Source: Vitrella brassicaformis CCMP3155 (taxonomy: Eukaryota; Protista; Chromerida). Taken from it: DNA of 64,000 nt. How positions within the stretch are numbered: position 1 is the first letter of the stretch; each line of letters begins with the position of its first letter. The notes below the pieces were generated by a model. It saw nothing but the letters and a program-made list of their open reading frames with translations. It was not told the origin of the DNA and made no database searches. Below are positions 11,368-24,373 of this stretch, one piece after another. The stretch spans positions 62,001 through 126,000 of the forward strand of contig CDMY01000267.1 in NCBI GenBank assembly GCA_001179505.1, given 5' to 3'. A program made the translations under genes and the position numbers.

Positions 11368-12788
11368 ATGAGGTTCGCCATCAGTGCGGTCCTCCTGCTG
11401 GCCTGTGTGTGCTTGGGTGCGGAGATCCAGGCACGGCAAGATCTTGGTGGGTGTCCATCCTGTGGGATGCCATCCTGTGTGTGCTTGGCGCGAAGCATGA
11501 CACCTGCCTGCCGCTGTAAGATGCGCGCTGCATCAGGTGAGCACCAATCATTGGACCGATGCTGCGAAAGAAGACCGATGGATGGTTGCGTATGGCGGCT
11601 GCCTGGCTGCGCTTTGCTTTGTGCCTGCCTGATGCGTGCTGTGTGTGTTTGAAATGCAGACGTGATATTGCCCCCCAACATTGGCGTGGATGAGGCCGAC
11701 ATGCTGGACAAGTCGACCTTCCCCATCCCCCCGGCAGAGCTGCTGGAGCTGGCGCGGCGATTTATCCTCACCAAGAGCGGGCTGGATGACCCTTCCATAC
11801 TCGCCGATGACTTCCAGGTCAGGCCTGCAGTAGGGGAGGGGTCGACATGAAATGAATGCGGGTCTCATTGATTGTGATGCTGTGTGTGTGCATTGACTGC
11901 AATGGCTGGCTGCAGTTCATCTTTCCGTTTGTGGGACCTTTGTCGAAGACCGAGTTCCTGGCGGCTGTGTCTACCTTCAACTTGGAGGAGGCCTTCCCCG
12001 ACCTCAAACAGAACACCCGCATGATGTCGGTATGCAAACCAATACAATGACTACCACATGCACTCACGCAGCCCTCATGGGAGGACGAATGTGTGAATGT
12101 GTGTGGATGACCGGTCGGTCAGGTCGACGCATTCGAGCCCAATCGTGTGTGGTATTTCGTCCAGCCTGAAGGGTCAGTCAGCACAGCTGGCCTACTTCAG
12201 TCAGTGACGTGACGTGCGTGTTGGGTGCCAACCATTGCAGGACGAATCTGGGTCCTCTGAACGTGTTGAACGTGCCCACCATCCCCTCGACAGGCATCAA
12301 GGTGCTCAACCCTCCCCAGGTGCACAGCATCACTTTCAACGAAGAGGGGAAAATCGTTAAATTCACCGGTACAAACACGAAACGAAACTAGGCCAGCCAG
12401 CAGTCATTCTTTGTTTGTTTGTGTCGTGTCATCCCCATGGTCTTTCCCTGTCTGCGCGTCTGTGTGTGTCACTGCAGGCGGTTATCCGGTCGATCGCACA
12501 ATCGGCAACACGGGCGGTCTCGGTGAGGCAGGAAAGATGCGCACACACTCTAGTTGCTGTCCACCAATATCTGTTTGTCTGTCTGCCTGCCTGTGTGCCC
12601 TGGCTGCAGGTGGGATCTTTGGGTACCTGAAGGCCATCGGCCGCCCTCTGCCTTTCCCCGAGGCCAGCACCTACTTCGAGAAGCGCAGCTTGGTGTGGCG
12701 GCTGCTGGTGGGCTTCAACAAGCGCGCCCTCCGCAGAAAGGGCCGGAAGATGCAGCGCCAGTACATGATGGCACAACTCAACAAATGA
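11368..12788 (+). CDS. Signal-peptide-bearing conserved algal protein, SnoaL/NTF2-like fold (multi-exon)
   Basis: Hydrophobic leader MRFAISAVLLLACVCLG. Exons read LADDFQ|FIFPFVGPLSKTEFL..EAFPDL, VDAFEPNRVWYF, PPQVHSITFNEEGKI..GGYPVDRTIGNTGGLG|GIFGYLKAIGRPLPFPEA. The fold assignment is from memory of the family pattern. Confidence 0.7.
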
Positions 12789-13303
12789 TGCATGGATGAA
12801 CCATCACAGACACACAAAGAGGGAGGGAGGGAGGGAGGGAGAGGGCGGACACATGTGTAGTGTGTCTGAGAAAGGGTGCAACCTTGAGCGTGTGCATTTA
12901 GAGTCTTGGGAGTGGTGTGGCATTTACATGTGAGTGGCGGCCGGCTGATGGCCGATGGTTCAAGAGGATTCAGCACAGCCTTGTCTGTGATGTTGGTGGA
13001 CACTATCGTGGTGTAGTATGTATGTGATCACGAGCCATGCTTGAAATATGACGTCACGAACGAGTCACTTCACACACGTATCCATTCATCCGCCCACCCA
13101 CCACTCCGTCGTATCTGAGTGTGCGAGTGAGGGCCGCACTTCATCCACCTCCCCCCACCATGAGTCGCCATGCTCTCGTGTCGCGTCACAGCCCGCACAC
13201 AGAGAGACACCATACCATCCACCACAGAACCACCATCCACCGTCGACACACCCAGCCAGCAGCAGAGAGGCTGCACGCCGATGGTCGTGTGTGTCTTTCT
13301 TGT

Positions 13304-14452
13304 TCAGACTTTGTATCCGCGAGACTTCCTGCGTCCGCGAGCCTTCTCGAACTTCCGACCCTTGTGGCGCACAAACGCCCTGCAGTCATTGCGCGCACAC
13401 AAACATGCGGTCGCCAAGCAGTGTGTCATCTAGTTGTTTGGTTGGTCGGGTGCTTGTTTGTGTGACTGACTTGGTGGTGCTGTGTGGGACGCCCGGCGCC
13501 CGGCCGAAGTACTTCTCCGCCTCGCGGGCCTTGGTGGGGCCACGGAGTAGCACACAGTCCTTGCCTACAGACAGAGAGAGACACCGTTGACCTTGTGGAC
13601 ACTGCCTGCGTGTGCTGATTGATCCTGTCTGTCTACCTTCGGGGTGCCTCAGCACGAACTCGTCGAATGTGAGGCACTCCCCGCCGGCCTTGAGGATGCG
13701 GCTGCGGGCGGTCTCAGTGAAACGCAGCGCACACACAGACAGCTTCGGCACATCCAGCAGACGAACGTCATCTGAACACACACACACCAGAGAGAGAGAA
13801 AGAAAGACATGGCGATCACACAAACTGGCAGGCTGGCAGCTTGTATGTCTGGCTCTCTATCGCTAACCGGTGATGGTGCCGACGACGACTGCGGTATGTC
13901 CGTCCTTGTCCTGCATGTGCTTGGTGAGTCTGGAGAGGGAGAGGGGCGGCCGGAACCGCCGCGACATGAACAGGCGCTTCAGGACCACCTTGTTGAACTC
14001 CGCATCCGTGCGGCGAGCCAAGAAACGATACAACTGCCAGGACACACACGCGCACAAAACGGTCAGCAACCTCACCCCCCTCGCAGATCCCCATCTCATC
14101 TGGGCCTGCCTCCCCCCTCCGCGTGTGTGCATCCCCCTCCCTCCCTCTCTCTCTGCCTCCCATGTGCTGCCTGCCTGGGTGGCTCCCTCACTGACTGACC
14201 TTGACGAGCAGTTTGGTGTATGGGTTGTCGGATTTGGCGTCCTTGCGGCAGGTCTTCTTGACCCGGCCGCCCGCCTTCAAGTCGATACCCTGCAGCCACC
14301 AGGCAAAGGGGAGGGAGGCAGCCACGCAGGCAGGACACACACACACAACACACACAGGGAGGGAAAGGTGGAGGAAGAGACCCCAAAACTGACAGATCTG
14401 GTGTCCTCTCGTCGGACTAAGCCGCTGTCCTCCCTGCCCTCGGTCTTACCAT
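13304..14452 (-). CDS. RPL18: 60S ribosomal protein L18 (eL18)
   Basis: M|[23 protein letters not shown]|[32 protein letters not shown]|[42 protein letters not shown]|[24 protein letters not shown]. Confidence 0.98.
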
Positions 14453-14760
14453 CCTCGGAGCGTCCGCCTCCCTGTTGTTTGGCGTTTGGCGGAGGAGCGG
14501 TTTCACGTTTGGCGAGTTTGCAAGCTCGGGATCGGGATGCGAGCTCAGAGGTGATAGGCATTCCTCTTTAATTCTGGTGGAGTGTGGGGATCCAAAAGGC
14601 GCAGGAGAGGCGTCGTGTGCAGATCTGCCGAGCAAACTGGCGTTCTCTGGCAATTCCACGTCAAATCGGTCGCTGCTGCATGGATTCGTCAGCTGCTGAC
14701 AGCCCAGCGAGCCCGTCAGTCATCTGAAGCGCGTCGGCGGCCCTGATCTTCGGGAATCTG

Positions 14761-16648
14761 ATGATGGCCAAGAGTCGCGAGGAGCGCGCGGCTGAGCTGC
14801 GTGCCGCCCGAAAGAGGGTGACACTGTTCCAGCAGCCCATCAGGACGGTGGCCAACTTCAGCGTGATGATGCACCGGTTCACCCACTGGCTGGCCGTGTA
14901 CATCTCGACCCACCCCTTCACGGTGCGGCTGCTGGTGCCGTTTGTGGTCTTGTGGGTGGTGCTGCGGTTCATCCCCGGGCCGCATGTGCCCTACATGGAC
15001 GAGATATGGCTCATGTTTCGGCTCGTCGTCTGGTGGGTGGGGCTCGGCATCCTCTCGTCCGTCGGGCTCGGCACCGGAATGCACTCAGGTCGGTCGGGGT
15101 GGGGGGGGTGGGGTGGGAGGGAGGGAGGGAGGGATGGACGCATCGATCGATCATCTGTCTGTCTGTCTGTCCATTGCATTGTGTGTGTGTGTGTGTGTGT
15201 GTGTGTGGTTGACTGGTTCGATTGGTTCGATTCACTCACTCAGGTATTCTGTTTCTGTTTCCGCACGTGTACATCATCTGCACGACCTCTGAGGAGTGCA
15301 ACAATTTGAACTTCGACTCGCGGGTCAACATGTGGGAGGGGCACCTGGAGCCCGGCCAGAACTTCCCCTGCCTCCAGCCCAGCCCAACCGGCACATTCAC
15401 AGACAACGTGACACTCTGGGGGCTCTTCCTCAAGTGCTGGTTCTACTGCTTCCTCTGGGGCTGGGGGACCGCCATTGGCGAGCTGCCGCCCTATGCCGCC
15501 TCCTATGCGGCCGCAAAGGTGACTGACTGACAAGCCAAGCAGGGGGGGTGGGTGGGTGGCGGGCGATGTGACAAAGGGTGTTCTGTTGATGTGTGCGCCT
15601 TGGTGTGTGTCAGTCTCGTGAGGCTGACGAGGAGTTTGAAGAGCTGCAGCACCAAATCGAATCGGGCACACAGTACGTACGCACAGATGATGATAACACG
15701 ACACAGCTCTGCACTGCACACAACCATGGCATGGCAAGTGGCTTCTGTGTGTGTGTCTAGTGACTGGCTGACGTCATCGAAGCGTTGGATGATCAACTAC
15801 CTCCAGAAGCACGGCTTCCTCGGCGTCCTCCTCCTCTCATCATGGCCAAATGGTGCGATGTGCACACGAACACACAAACCACCCCACCCACCATGCCAGC
15901 GAATCGCCCGTCTGTCTGTCTATCTGTGTGTCTATCTGTGTGTGCGATTGATAGCATTGTTTGACCTGTGCGGCATCTGCTGCGGGCACTTCCTGATGCC
16001 GTTTTGGAACTTCTTCATCGCCGTGTCGATCGGCAAGGGCGTCATCAAGGTCACAGGGCAGCTCGCCTTCTTCCTATTCCTCTTCAGCAAACTCTTCGTT
16101 GAGGTAGGTACACCCACACGCACACACACAGCCCACGCGCAGCCACGGGTATGTCTCCCTTGTTACATCAGAGCCGTAAGGCGGCGCTTCACTTCTTCGC
16201 CCCGATAGTCGAGCGTGTGAGCTTCGGCTCCATCACACACAGCAAGTTCGTCCACAAGGTGAATGAGGCCATCCACAAGGTGTCCCGCGGCAGGGGCCAG
16301 GCCGGGGCAGCGGCAGGGGGCGAGGAAGACGACGGGCGGGTGACCCTTGCCACGCTTTTCGGCTACCTCATCCTCGTGCTAATCCTCTACTTCGTCATGT
16401 CGTGCTTCAACCAATTCGCCCAGCAGAGACAAAAGGTCAGCCAACAGGGGAGAGCGGGGAGTGAGGGAGAGAGACAGAGCGAGAGATGTGTGTGTGGATG
16501 GGATGGACAGGAGTTGGATGACGAGGAGTTGAACAAGACGTACGGCAAGGTGGCCCCGTCAGACGCCGCCACCAACACCACTGCGTCGAGCGAGAAGCCG
16601 CCAGGCAGCCCCTACAACCTCAGAACACGGCCTCAAAAGGCGGAGTGA
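14761..16648 (+). CDS. VMP1: Vacuole membrane protein 1 (VMP1/TMEM49, DedA-family scramblase)
   Basis: WWVGLGILSSVGLGTGMHSG|ILFLFPH, WGWGTAIGELPPY, GFLGVLLLSSWPN|ALFDLCGICCGHFLMPFWNFF..IGKGVIK. Confidence 0.95.
15181..15206. repeat. Intronic (GT)n microsatellite in VMP1 intron 1
   Basis: (gt)13. Confidence 0.95.
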
Positions 16649-17119
16649 TTGAGTGATCCATGGTCCTTCTCCGCCCAGCACCACACCACCACCAGGGGGA
16701 GGGGGGGGAGGAGGGGAATGCCGTGAACTGATTGACAGAGAGAGAGAGAGAGTTCTTAGTCGACAGTTCCTGCGTCCGTTTTTCGGTGTGTATAGATGAG
16801 AATGCTTGGCTTGCACGAACAAAACGATCGATCATTCGACCGACTTAGTCGCGTATTTGTAAGAATGAACAGACAGACAGACCCCACCCGACTCACCCGC
16901 CCCATCCCCCAGCCTCAGCCATCCATCGCATCCACTGCCCCTCACTCTCGCTGCGCTGCCTACCGTTCTCTAATATGGATGGATACACACATGGATGGAT
17001 GGATGGACGCACACATGCCCGCCTCCATGTGTATGTATATGTGTGTGTGTGTGTGTGTGTGCGAGGCGGCCCGAATTGAGTGTGGTATGCCTTTTCCGCC
17101 AGCCAGTCAGCCAGCAAAT

Positions 17120-17146
17120 CAGCCAGCCAGCCAGCCAGCCAGCCAG
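17120..17146. repeat. (CAGC)n microsatellite in the convergent VMP1/glutaredoxin spacer
   Basis: cagccagccagccagccagccagccag. Confidence 0.9.
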
Positions 17147-17796
17147 AGCGTTTTTGTCTCGACACAGTCAGTCTTTCTTGCCCCCATCCATCGCTCATGG
17201 CGTCCGTACGGAGTGAATGTGAATGTGAATGTGCCCCAGCGCGTGTGTGGTGGTGCGTGGTGCATGTTGGTAGGTCGGTTGCATCAGCAATTTTGAACCA
17301 GACATACATGACGTCCAGCCACTGACTCCATGCCTGAACGTTCAATCAATGGGTGTATAATGTGTGGGTGACCCACGTCAATCCAACCCATCTCCCCCAA
17401 ATCGCATTGATTGAACAGGATTCCTGCCTTAGTCATTGCTCTGTCTGTCGCTCGTCCCATCTCTCTCTCATACAGACCCTCCGGCCATGGACACCATACC
17501 ATATATGCCATCCATCGATCAGTAAGTAGAGGAGAGAAAAGGAGCAAGGCGAGGCGCATCCGTCACATGCACACAAACAGTCAGGCCAGGCAGCAAAGCA
17601 GCAGCAATCGCTGCATCGATGCATCGATCGTTGGAAAGCAAAGCAACCAGCGGCCAGGCAGGTGGTGAAAAATCAAAGTCAGCCACATTCAGGCACGCAG
17701 GCAGGCACCCATGCAGACAGTCAAGACGGGCTTCAAAACTCCCTCTCTCTCCCCCCCCTCCCCTCCCCTCTGCCATTCACTCAGACTGTGCTCACT

Positions 17797-18321
17797 TCAC
17801 TTAGCAACGGGGAGGTCGAGGTATCCCGCCTTAAGGAGCATGGTGGTGAGTTTGCCCTGCTTGCCCATATCGGCCACCTCCTCCCCGCCGCCCAGGAACT
17901 TGCCTTCGAAGAACACTCGTGGTGTCGTCCTGGCGCCCGTCAGCTCCTCGAGGTAGTCCTGGATGCTGTCCTTGAGGCTCTCGTCCAGCTGGTCGATGAA
18001 CTCGCTGCCGAACCCCTTGGGCTTGACCGTCTTGCCGAAGTGCAGGTGGAACCGGTTCAAGACGCCGCGCGTGAAGGGGCAGAAGGACTGGCCGAAGACC
18101 ATGATGGGGAAGTTGCGGATCCGCTCGTCCACAAACTGCTTGGCCGCCGGGGACACAGCCAGACGCAGAGAGGACACGCCATTGCGCAGCCGAGTTGGGG
18201 TGCTGGTCTGCTGCTGGTGGTGCCTCGCGAGAGGCGTGGCGGCAGAGATGGAGGGCTGGAATGCATCGACCGACACACACAGGGCCGCGCAGAGGGCGAT
18301 GATCTGCACCAGGGAGGGCAT
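17797..18321 (-). CDS. Intronless glutaredoxin with a bipartite (signal + transit) plastid-type leader; CPFT active site
   Basis: MPSLVQIIALCAALCVSVDA-F, then a Ser/Thr/Arg-rich transit region. Grx core: IMVFGQSFCPFT, IQDYLEELTGARTTPRVFFEGKFLGGGEEV..GKL..ML. Confidence 0.9.
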   Translation of the reverse strand: MPSLVQIIALCAALCVSVDAFQPSISAATPLARHHQQQTSTPTRLRNGVSSLRLAVSPAAKQFVDERIRNFPIMVFGQSFCPFTRGVLNRFHLHFGKTVKPKGFGSEFIDQLDESLKDSIQDYLEELTGARTTPRVFFEGKFLGGGEEVADMGKQGKLTTMLLKAGYLDLPVAK

Positions 18322-18436
18322 GTTGATCATCGATCTGAGGGGCGGGTGCAGCGCAGGGAGGTGGATGGGGAGGGCTCGCAAGGGGAGGTCAGATCCTGCC
18401 AGATGGAGGCCTTGTAGACTTCGTGGAGCAGACCAG

Positions 18437-18466
18437 CAGCAGCAGCGGTTTCAGGGAGCACCCTAG
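18437..18466. promoter_or_regulatory. Second copy of the ~30-nt spacer element (cagcagcagcggtttcagggagcaccctag)
   Basis: It lies between divergent starts at 18321(-) and 18704(+). It is identical to 1681-1709 apart from one extra T. Confidence 0.5.
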
Positions 18467-18703
18467 GCGGCCTTGAGCTTTGGGCGAGCTCAAGAACAAG
18501 CGCAGAAGCAGCATCTGTGGAGATCTGCCTACTTCCACCAAGATGCAGCCGAGTTCGAGACGCCACGAAAGCCATTCGTGACGCTGCCGACCCGAACGTG
18601 GCCCTGGCTGATCCTGCCTGTTTTGTTTGTGCAATCAACGTGCTGCCAGCCAGTGGTTAGTGCTGCTGCCGCCATCGGCTACTGCCTGTGAGTGTGAGCC
18701 GCG

Positions 18704-21700
18704 ATGTCGATAAAGCTTCGCGAGTTGATCCGGAACATCCGCGCGTGTAAGACAGCAGCTGAGGAGCGTGCAGTCATTGCCAAGGAATGCGCTGAGATCA
18801 GGACGGCATTCAAGGTAAACCAGACAGACAGACAGACAGACAGACAGACGGGCTTGTGCTGGCTGCTGGCATGTGTCTGTGTCTGTTTGGTTTGGTGTGG
18901 TGTGTTATCTGTGTTTCTTCCCCCTCCTGCCTGCCTGTCTGTCTGTCTGTCTGCCTTGTTGATTACAGGAGGAGGACAATCACTATCGGCACCGCAATGT
19001 CGCCAAGCTGCTCTTCATTCACATGCTCGGGTCAGTCAGTCGGCGGAAGGGTGCGCTGGCTGGGCTGGGATGCACTCGTGACTCTCTGTCTGCCTACCCT
19101 GCCCTGCCCTGCCCCACTGTCTGTCTGTCTGTCTGTCTGTTGTGTCTGTGTGTGTGCGCGTTGATGCTGCAGGTACCCGACTCACTTCGGCCAGATGGAG
19201 TGTCTGAAGCTGATAGCGTCCACCAAGTTTGCCGAGAAGCGCGTAGGCTACCTGGGCCTCACTCAGCTGCTGGACGAGAACACGGAGGTCCTCATGCTCG
19301 TCACCAACTCGGTCAAGAACGACCTCAACCACCCGGTAGGTGTGTGCAGCCAGTTGACCAGCCCCCCACCCACTTGATTGATTTGACCCAAATGAACCAG
19401 CAGGTCTTTCTGTTCTGTGGTCCTGTCTGTCACTGCTGTTAAACTGTGCAGAATCAGTACGTCAATGGGCTGGCCCTCTGTGCGCTGGGCAACATAGGCA
19501 ACCCCGAGATGTGCAGGTGCGTGTGCAGCCAGCCAGGCAGGAAGCCGACCCAGCGAGAGAGATTCCAGCCCGCCTGTTGTTAATCTGTTTGTCTGCTTGT
19601 GGTCATTCCATCACTTAGGGCGTTGGCTCGTGAGGTAGAGAATTTGATGGGCGTGTCCAACCCCTACATCCGCAAGAAGGCCGCCCTGTGTGCCATGCGG
19701 ATGATCCGCAAGGTCGAGGAGATCGAAGACAAATTCAACCACAAAATCCCCACACTCCTCGAAGACAGAAACCACGGTCGGCCCACACACACACACACAC
19801 ACACACACCGCACAGGGAGGGAGGGAAGGAACAGAGAGGCAGCGAGCGGCATGTGGTTGTGTGTCTGTATGTCTGTATGTGTCAGCTGTGTTGCTGTCTG
19901 GGTGTGCGCTGCTGATCACGGTGTTGGAGATCAACCCATCGGCACTCTCGGAGTTCAGGCGATACGTACCCACACTGGTAAGTAGCCTGCCTAGACACAC
20001 ACACAACACACACACACACACACTGACCAATGAATGCGTGTGTGTGTGTGTGTCTTAGATCCGTGCGTTGAAGAACATGTCCATGTCTGGCTACGCCAAC
20101 GCGTCCGAGTACGACATCGCCGGCATCACTGACCCGTTCCTCCAAGTCAAGATCCTACGAGTCCTCAAACTACTCGGACACGTAACCACACACACAGGCA
20201 GGCAGCCGATAGCCAACACACACACAAGGATACATGGCGTGTCTGTGTGTTGTGTTGTGTGTGCCCCTGATCAGGGGTCCGTTGACGTGAGCGACGAGAT
20301 GAACGACATCTTGGCTCAGGTGGCGACCAACACTGAGGGCGCCAAGAACGCCGGCAACGCCATCCTCTACGAGTGCGTCCAGACCATCATGAACATCGAA
20401 GCAGAAAGCGGACTTAGAGTGCTGGGTCAGGCAGTCAGTCAGTCAGTCAGTCAGCCAGGCAGTCAGTCACAACACCCCACCCCACCCCACCCCCCAGCAC
20501 ACACACACCCCTAAGATGTCCCCCAAAATGTCTGTCTGTCTGTCCCTCTGTCAGGAGTGAACATCTTGGGTCGTTTCCTGATGAATCGGGACAACAACAT
20601 TCGCTACGTGGCGCTGACGACGCTGCAGCACGTGGTGACGGTCGACATGAAGGCCGTCCAGAGACACCGATCCACCATCGTCGACTGCCTTAAGGCCAGT
20701 ACTCTCACCAACCACACCACATACACCACACCACCAGCGTGTGATGTGTCGTGTGTTGTGTGTCGTGTGTTGTGTGTGTAGGATCCTGACGTGTCGATTC
20801 GGAAGCGCGCCCTCGACGTCACCTACGCACTCATCAACGAGGAGAATATCAAGGTGCGCAAGCCAAGGCGAGAGCAGCCACCCAGACAGACAGACAGCAT
20901 CGTGGCATTGTCGTGGCTGGCTGGTACAGACGATGACCAAGGAGCTGCTGAATTTTTTGCTTATGGCCGGGCCCGAGTTCAAAGAGGATCTGGTCACAAA
21001 GGTAGGTTCGTCACCGCCACACAGACAGGCACCACACCACAGCCTCGGCCGTCCAGTCAGCCCAGCCACACACACCCGTCCCGCCTTGGTGGTGTGGTAC
21101 TGCCTGCCACGCAGATATGTCTAGCAGTGGATCGGTTCGCACCCAACCGGAGATGGCAGATTGACACCCTCATCAAGGTGGGTTGGGTCGGGTACCCATG
21201 ACCATCCCATCTCTGAGACAGTATGGGTGCATTGTGTTGTGTTGCCTTGGGATGCGTCGCGTTTGGTGCGGTGCAGGTGATGTGTCTGGCGGGCAACTTC
21301 GTGCAGACCCAAATACGAGACAACTTCATATACGTGGTACACACACATGGTCGACACACACACGCGTCCCACTCTCGAGCGAATCGCATCCACATCATTC
21401 CTCTCTGTCTCTCTCCGTGTCGTGTGTGTGTCACCCACCCATGTGTGTGTGTCGACCATGCCATGACCATGCCATGCGTGTGTGTAGGTGATGGCCACCC
21501 CCGAGCTGCACACCTACACCGTCCACAAACTCTTCTTCTCTGTCAAAGAAAACCAAACACAAGTAACCATCCACACACACAGCCACACCGCACACAACGC
21601 ACACGCCCCCAAGCTCGTTTGTTCTTCGCTTGAGCAGGAGACGCTCATCCAGGTGGGCATATGGTGTCTGGGGGAGTTCGGCGACCTCCTCGTGTCGGGC

Positions 21701-23728
21701 AGCGCCGTCGGCCCCGACCAGCAGCCCATCAAGGTGTCCCCGTCAGAGGTGCTCGACCTGATCGAAACCATTGACAGGCGACCAACCGAACAGACCATCG
21801 GCGCATCCGTCATGGGCAAGACCGCTGCTGCTGGGGCTGCTGGGAGTAGCGGCGGTGGGGCGAACAGTGCAGGTGGTGGTGGCAGTGGTGTGGGTGGTGT
21901 TGGGAGTGCGGTGCAGAGCGCCAACAGTGCGTTGGTGACGCAGGAGTACATCATCACCACACTCATGAAACTCACCACACGATTCCCAAACGGTCAGTCA
22001 GTCTGTCGGTAAAGGGGGGGGGACACGGATTGGATTATCGCATTCATTGGTGCGTCTGGTGTGTGTGTGTGTTGTGTTGTGTTTTGTTGTGTGTCAGAGG
22101 TGCCGCGCATCCGCGGTCTGTTAGAGAAGTATTCGGCGAGCATGTCGCTGGAGATACAGCAGCGGGCCTGCGAATACGAGCAGCTTCTCGGCAACACATG
22201 GGACAAACTCAGGTATGCCCTGCACACAGATCACATGCCACAGCTGAGCTACGGATGTGATGTGTTGCCGTGTGTATGTGTGTTAGGGAGGGCATATTGG
22301 ATCGCATGCCCGCGTCAGAGAGAGCCAAGACCCTCACCACCGACAGACCCTCAGGTCAGGAAGCAGCCACACAACCCAACCCAAATCCCGCCCAACATAC
22401 TCCACTCCACTCTGTCTGTCTGTCTGTCTGTGTGTCAGGTGATGCGTCGATCGACGAGGTGCCGACGACTGCCAACCACCACCCCAAGGGCGGCGATCTC
22501 CTCGACCTCAACGACCTGCTCGACCTTGACACAAGGCCTGCACCCCCTGGGGGTGCCGTGCTCAACAGCCACCCTGCGACACAGACCAGCCCACACAAGC
22601 CATCCACCGGTGAGAGAGAAGATCGAAATCCAGCAAGGCTGGCTGCAAAGGCAGCAGGCACCTGTGTGTGATGTGTGTGTGTGTGTAGGTGGTGGTGATT
22701 TGTTGGATTTGCTGGGTGGCCTGGGGGGCGAGCTGGCGCCATCGGCTGGTGCTCCGGCGCCCACGGCAGCATCAGGTGGGCGAGATCCGGAAGGGAAAGA
22801 GTTGGAATGAGAATGGATGTGTGGATGATTTGGTTGGTTGACTGCTGTCAGGTTTGGACGCGTTGGCGGATTTGAACTTGGGCGGACCCACTTTAAACTC
22901 CCACCCCCCACCAGCCGCCGCTGCCGCTACTGCTGCTGCTGCTGATGCGGCACGACCACCATCGACAGGAGGGGTAGGCCACGCAGACAGACAGACAACC
23001 CCACCAAGTATCAAGACACACAACCGGCTCGCATGTGTGTATGCGTTTCTTTCATCCCCATCGTGTGCAGGACATCCTGGACATCTTCGGTGGCACCCCC
23101 TCCCCGGCCTCTCCACCCACCGCCCCGCCCGCCGGCGGCAAATCCTTCCCGCCATTCACCGCCTTCGACAAGAACGGACTGCAGATCACATTCACATGCA
23201 AACAGGTACCTACCACCACACACAGACACAGACGTGCAGTGGTCAAGGGAGATGACGTGTGTGTGCAGGATGGGAGCGATCCGAAGCGTTCGACGGTGGA
23301 GGCGAGTTTCGTCAACACCTCCACCGACGCCATGAGCGCATTCGTCTTTGAGGTGACAACACACCCCATACAATCATCTCATTCATTCATTCATTCTTGT
23401 GAAAACCCTCCCTGCCCTGCAGGCAGCTGTGCCCAAGTATGTGACGCTATCGATGGACCCCGCAAGTGCGTCTGTGGTGGAGCCGTTCGGGCTGACCCCC
23501 ACCACCCAGAGGATATCCCTAGTCAACAGCGCCCAGGGGGAGAAGCCCATCATGATGAAGATACGCATCTCCTACACACACAAGGATCAGCAGGTCACAC
23601 ACCGAGGGAGGGAGGGAGGGACAGGAGCTCGATTGTTCGTGTCTGTTGATGGCGCATTGATGTGTGTGTGAGAGTATGTGCAGGTGCAGGAGTTTGGTCA
23701 GGTGTCGGACTTCCCGAAGGAGCTGTGA
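18704..23728 (+). CDS. AP1G1: AP-1 adaptor complex gamma subunit (many exons)
   Basis: [45 protein letters not shown]|[52 protein letters not shown], and a gamma-ear ([28 protein letters not shown]). Confidence 0.97.
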
Positions 23729-24373
23729 CTGACGCGACCTGAGGTGTCATGCGAGGGGCAGCGTGTAGACCTGACGAGCAGAGCATGCGTGAGAGTATTT
23801 GTCTGAGTAGGGGTGCCGATGCGATGCGATGCTATGAGACGAGATGGATGGGACAAGATGAGAGCCGTATGTGCGCGTGTGAGTGTGTGAGTCGGTGTGT
23901 CGTCTTTGGTGCTCCATAATTGATTGACATATATGCTACGATTGAGCTCTCTCTCCGGCCTGCCTGCCTCCCTGCCTGCCTGTGCATGGATGCCCACAAT
24001 CTGTCCGTCTGTCTGTCTGTCTGTCTCGTGTGCGGTGCATGCCTCTCTCTGTCTGAGTGATGCGACTTGCCTCGCGTCCATCCTTCCTTGTTCGGTCAAA
24101 GAAGGTTTTAATCCACACTTAACTTAGCCAGAGGTACGGTGCGGTGCGGTCGCGAAAGTATCTAGCAGCTAGGACCACAATCCACACTCACATACACAGC
24201 ATCCATCCATCCATCCACCCATCCATTCATCCATTCGACAGACAGGCAGGCAGGCCACGTCAACTCAGCCTGACAACCATGACGCCAAAAGTGATGACAG
24301 CACATTGCCCATCTCATCTCTCCCCTCTTGTGACCCGCGCCTCCCTCACCGTGTACACGCGTGTGTCGACTGT

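Noticed and set aside
14725-14727. TGA as selenocysteine
   Set aside because: It is not in a redox motif, VMP1 is not a known selenoprotein, and I could not identify a SECIS element.
16649-17796. Possible gene in the VMP1/glutaredoxin spacer
   Set aside because: Only SSR-derived ORFs are present, with no splice-consistent coding signal.
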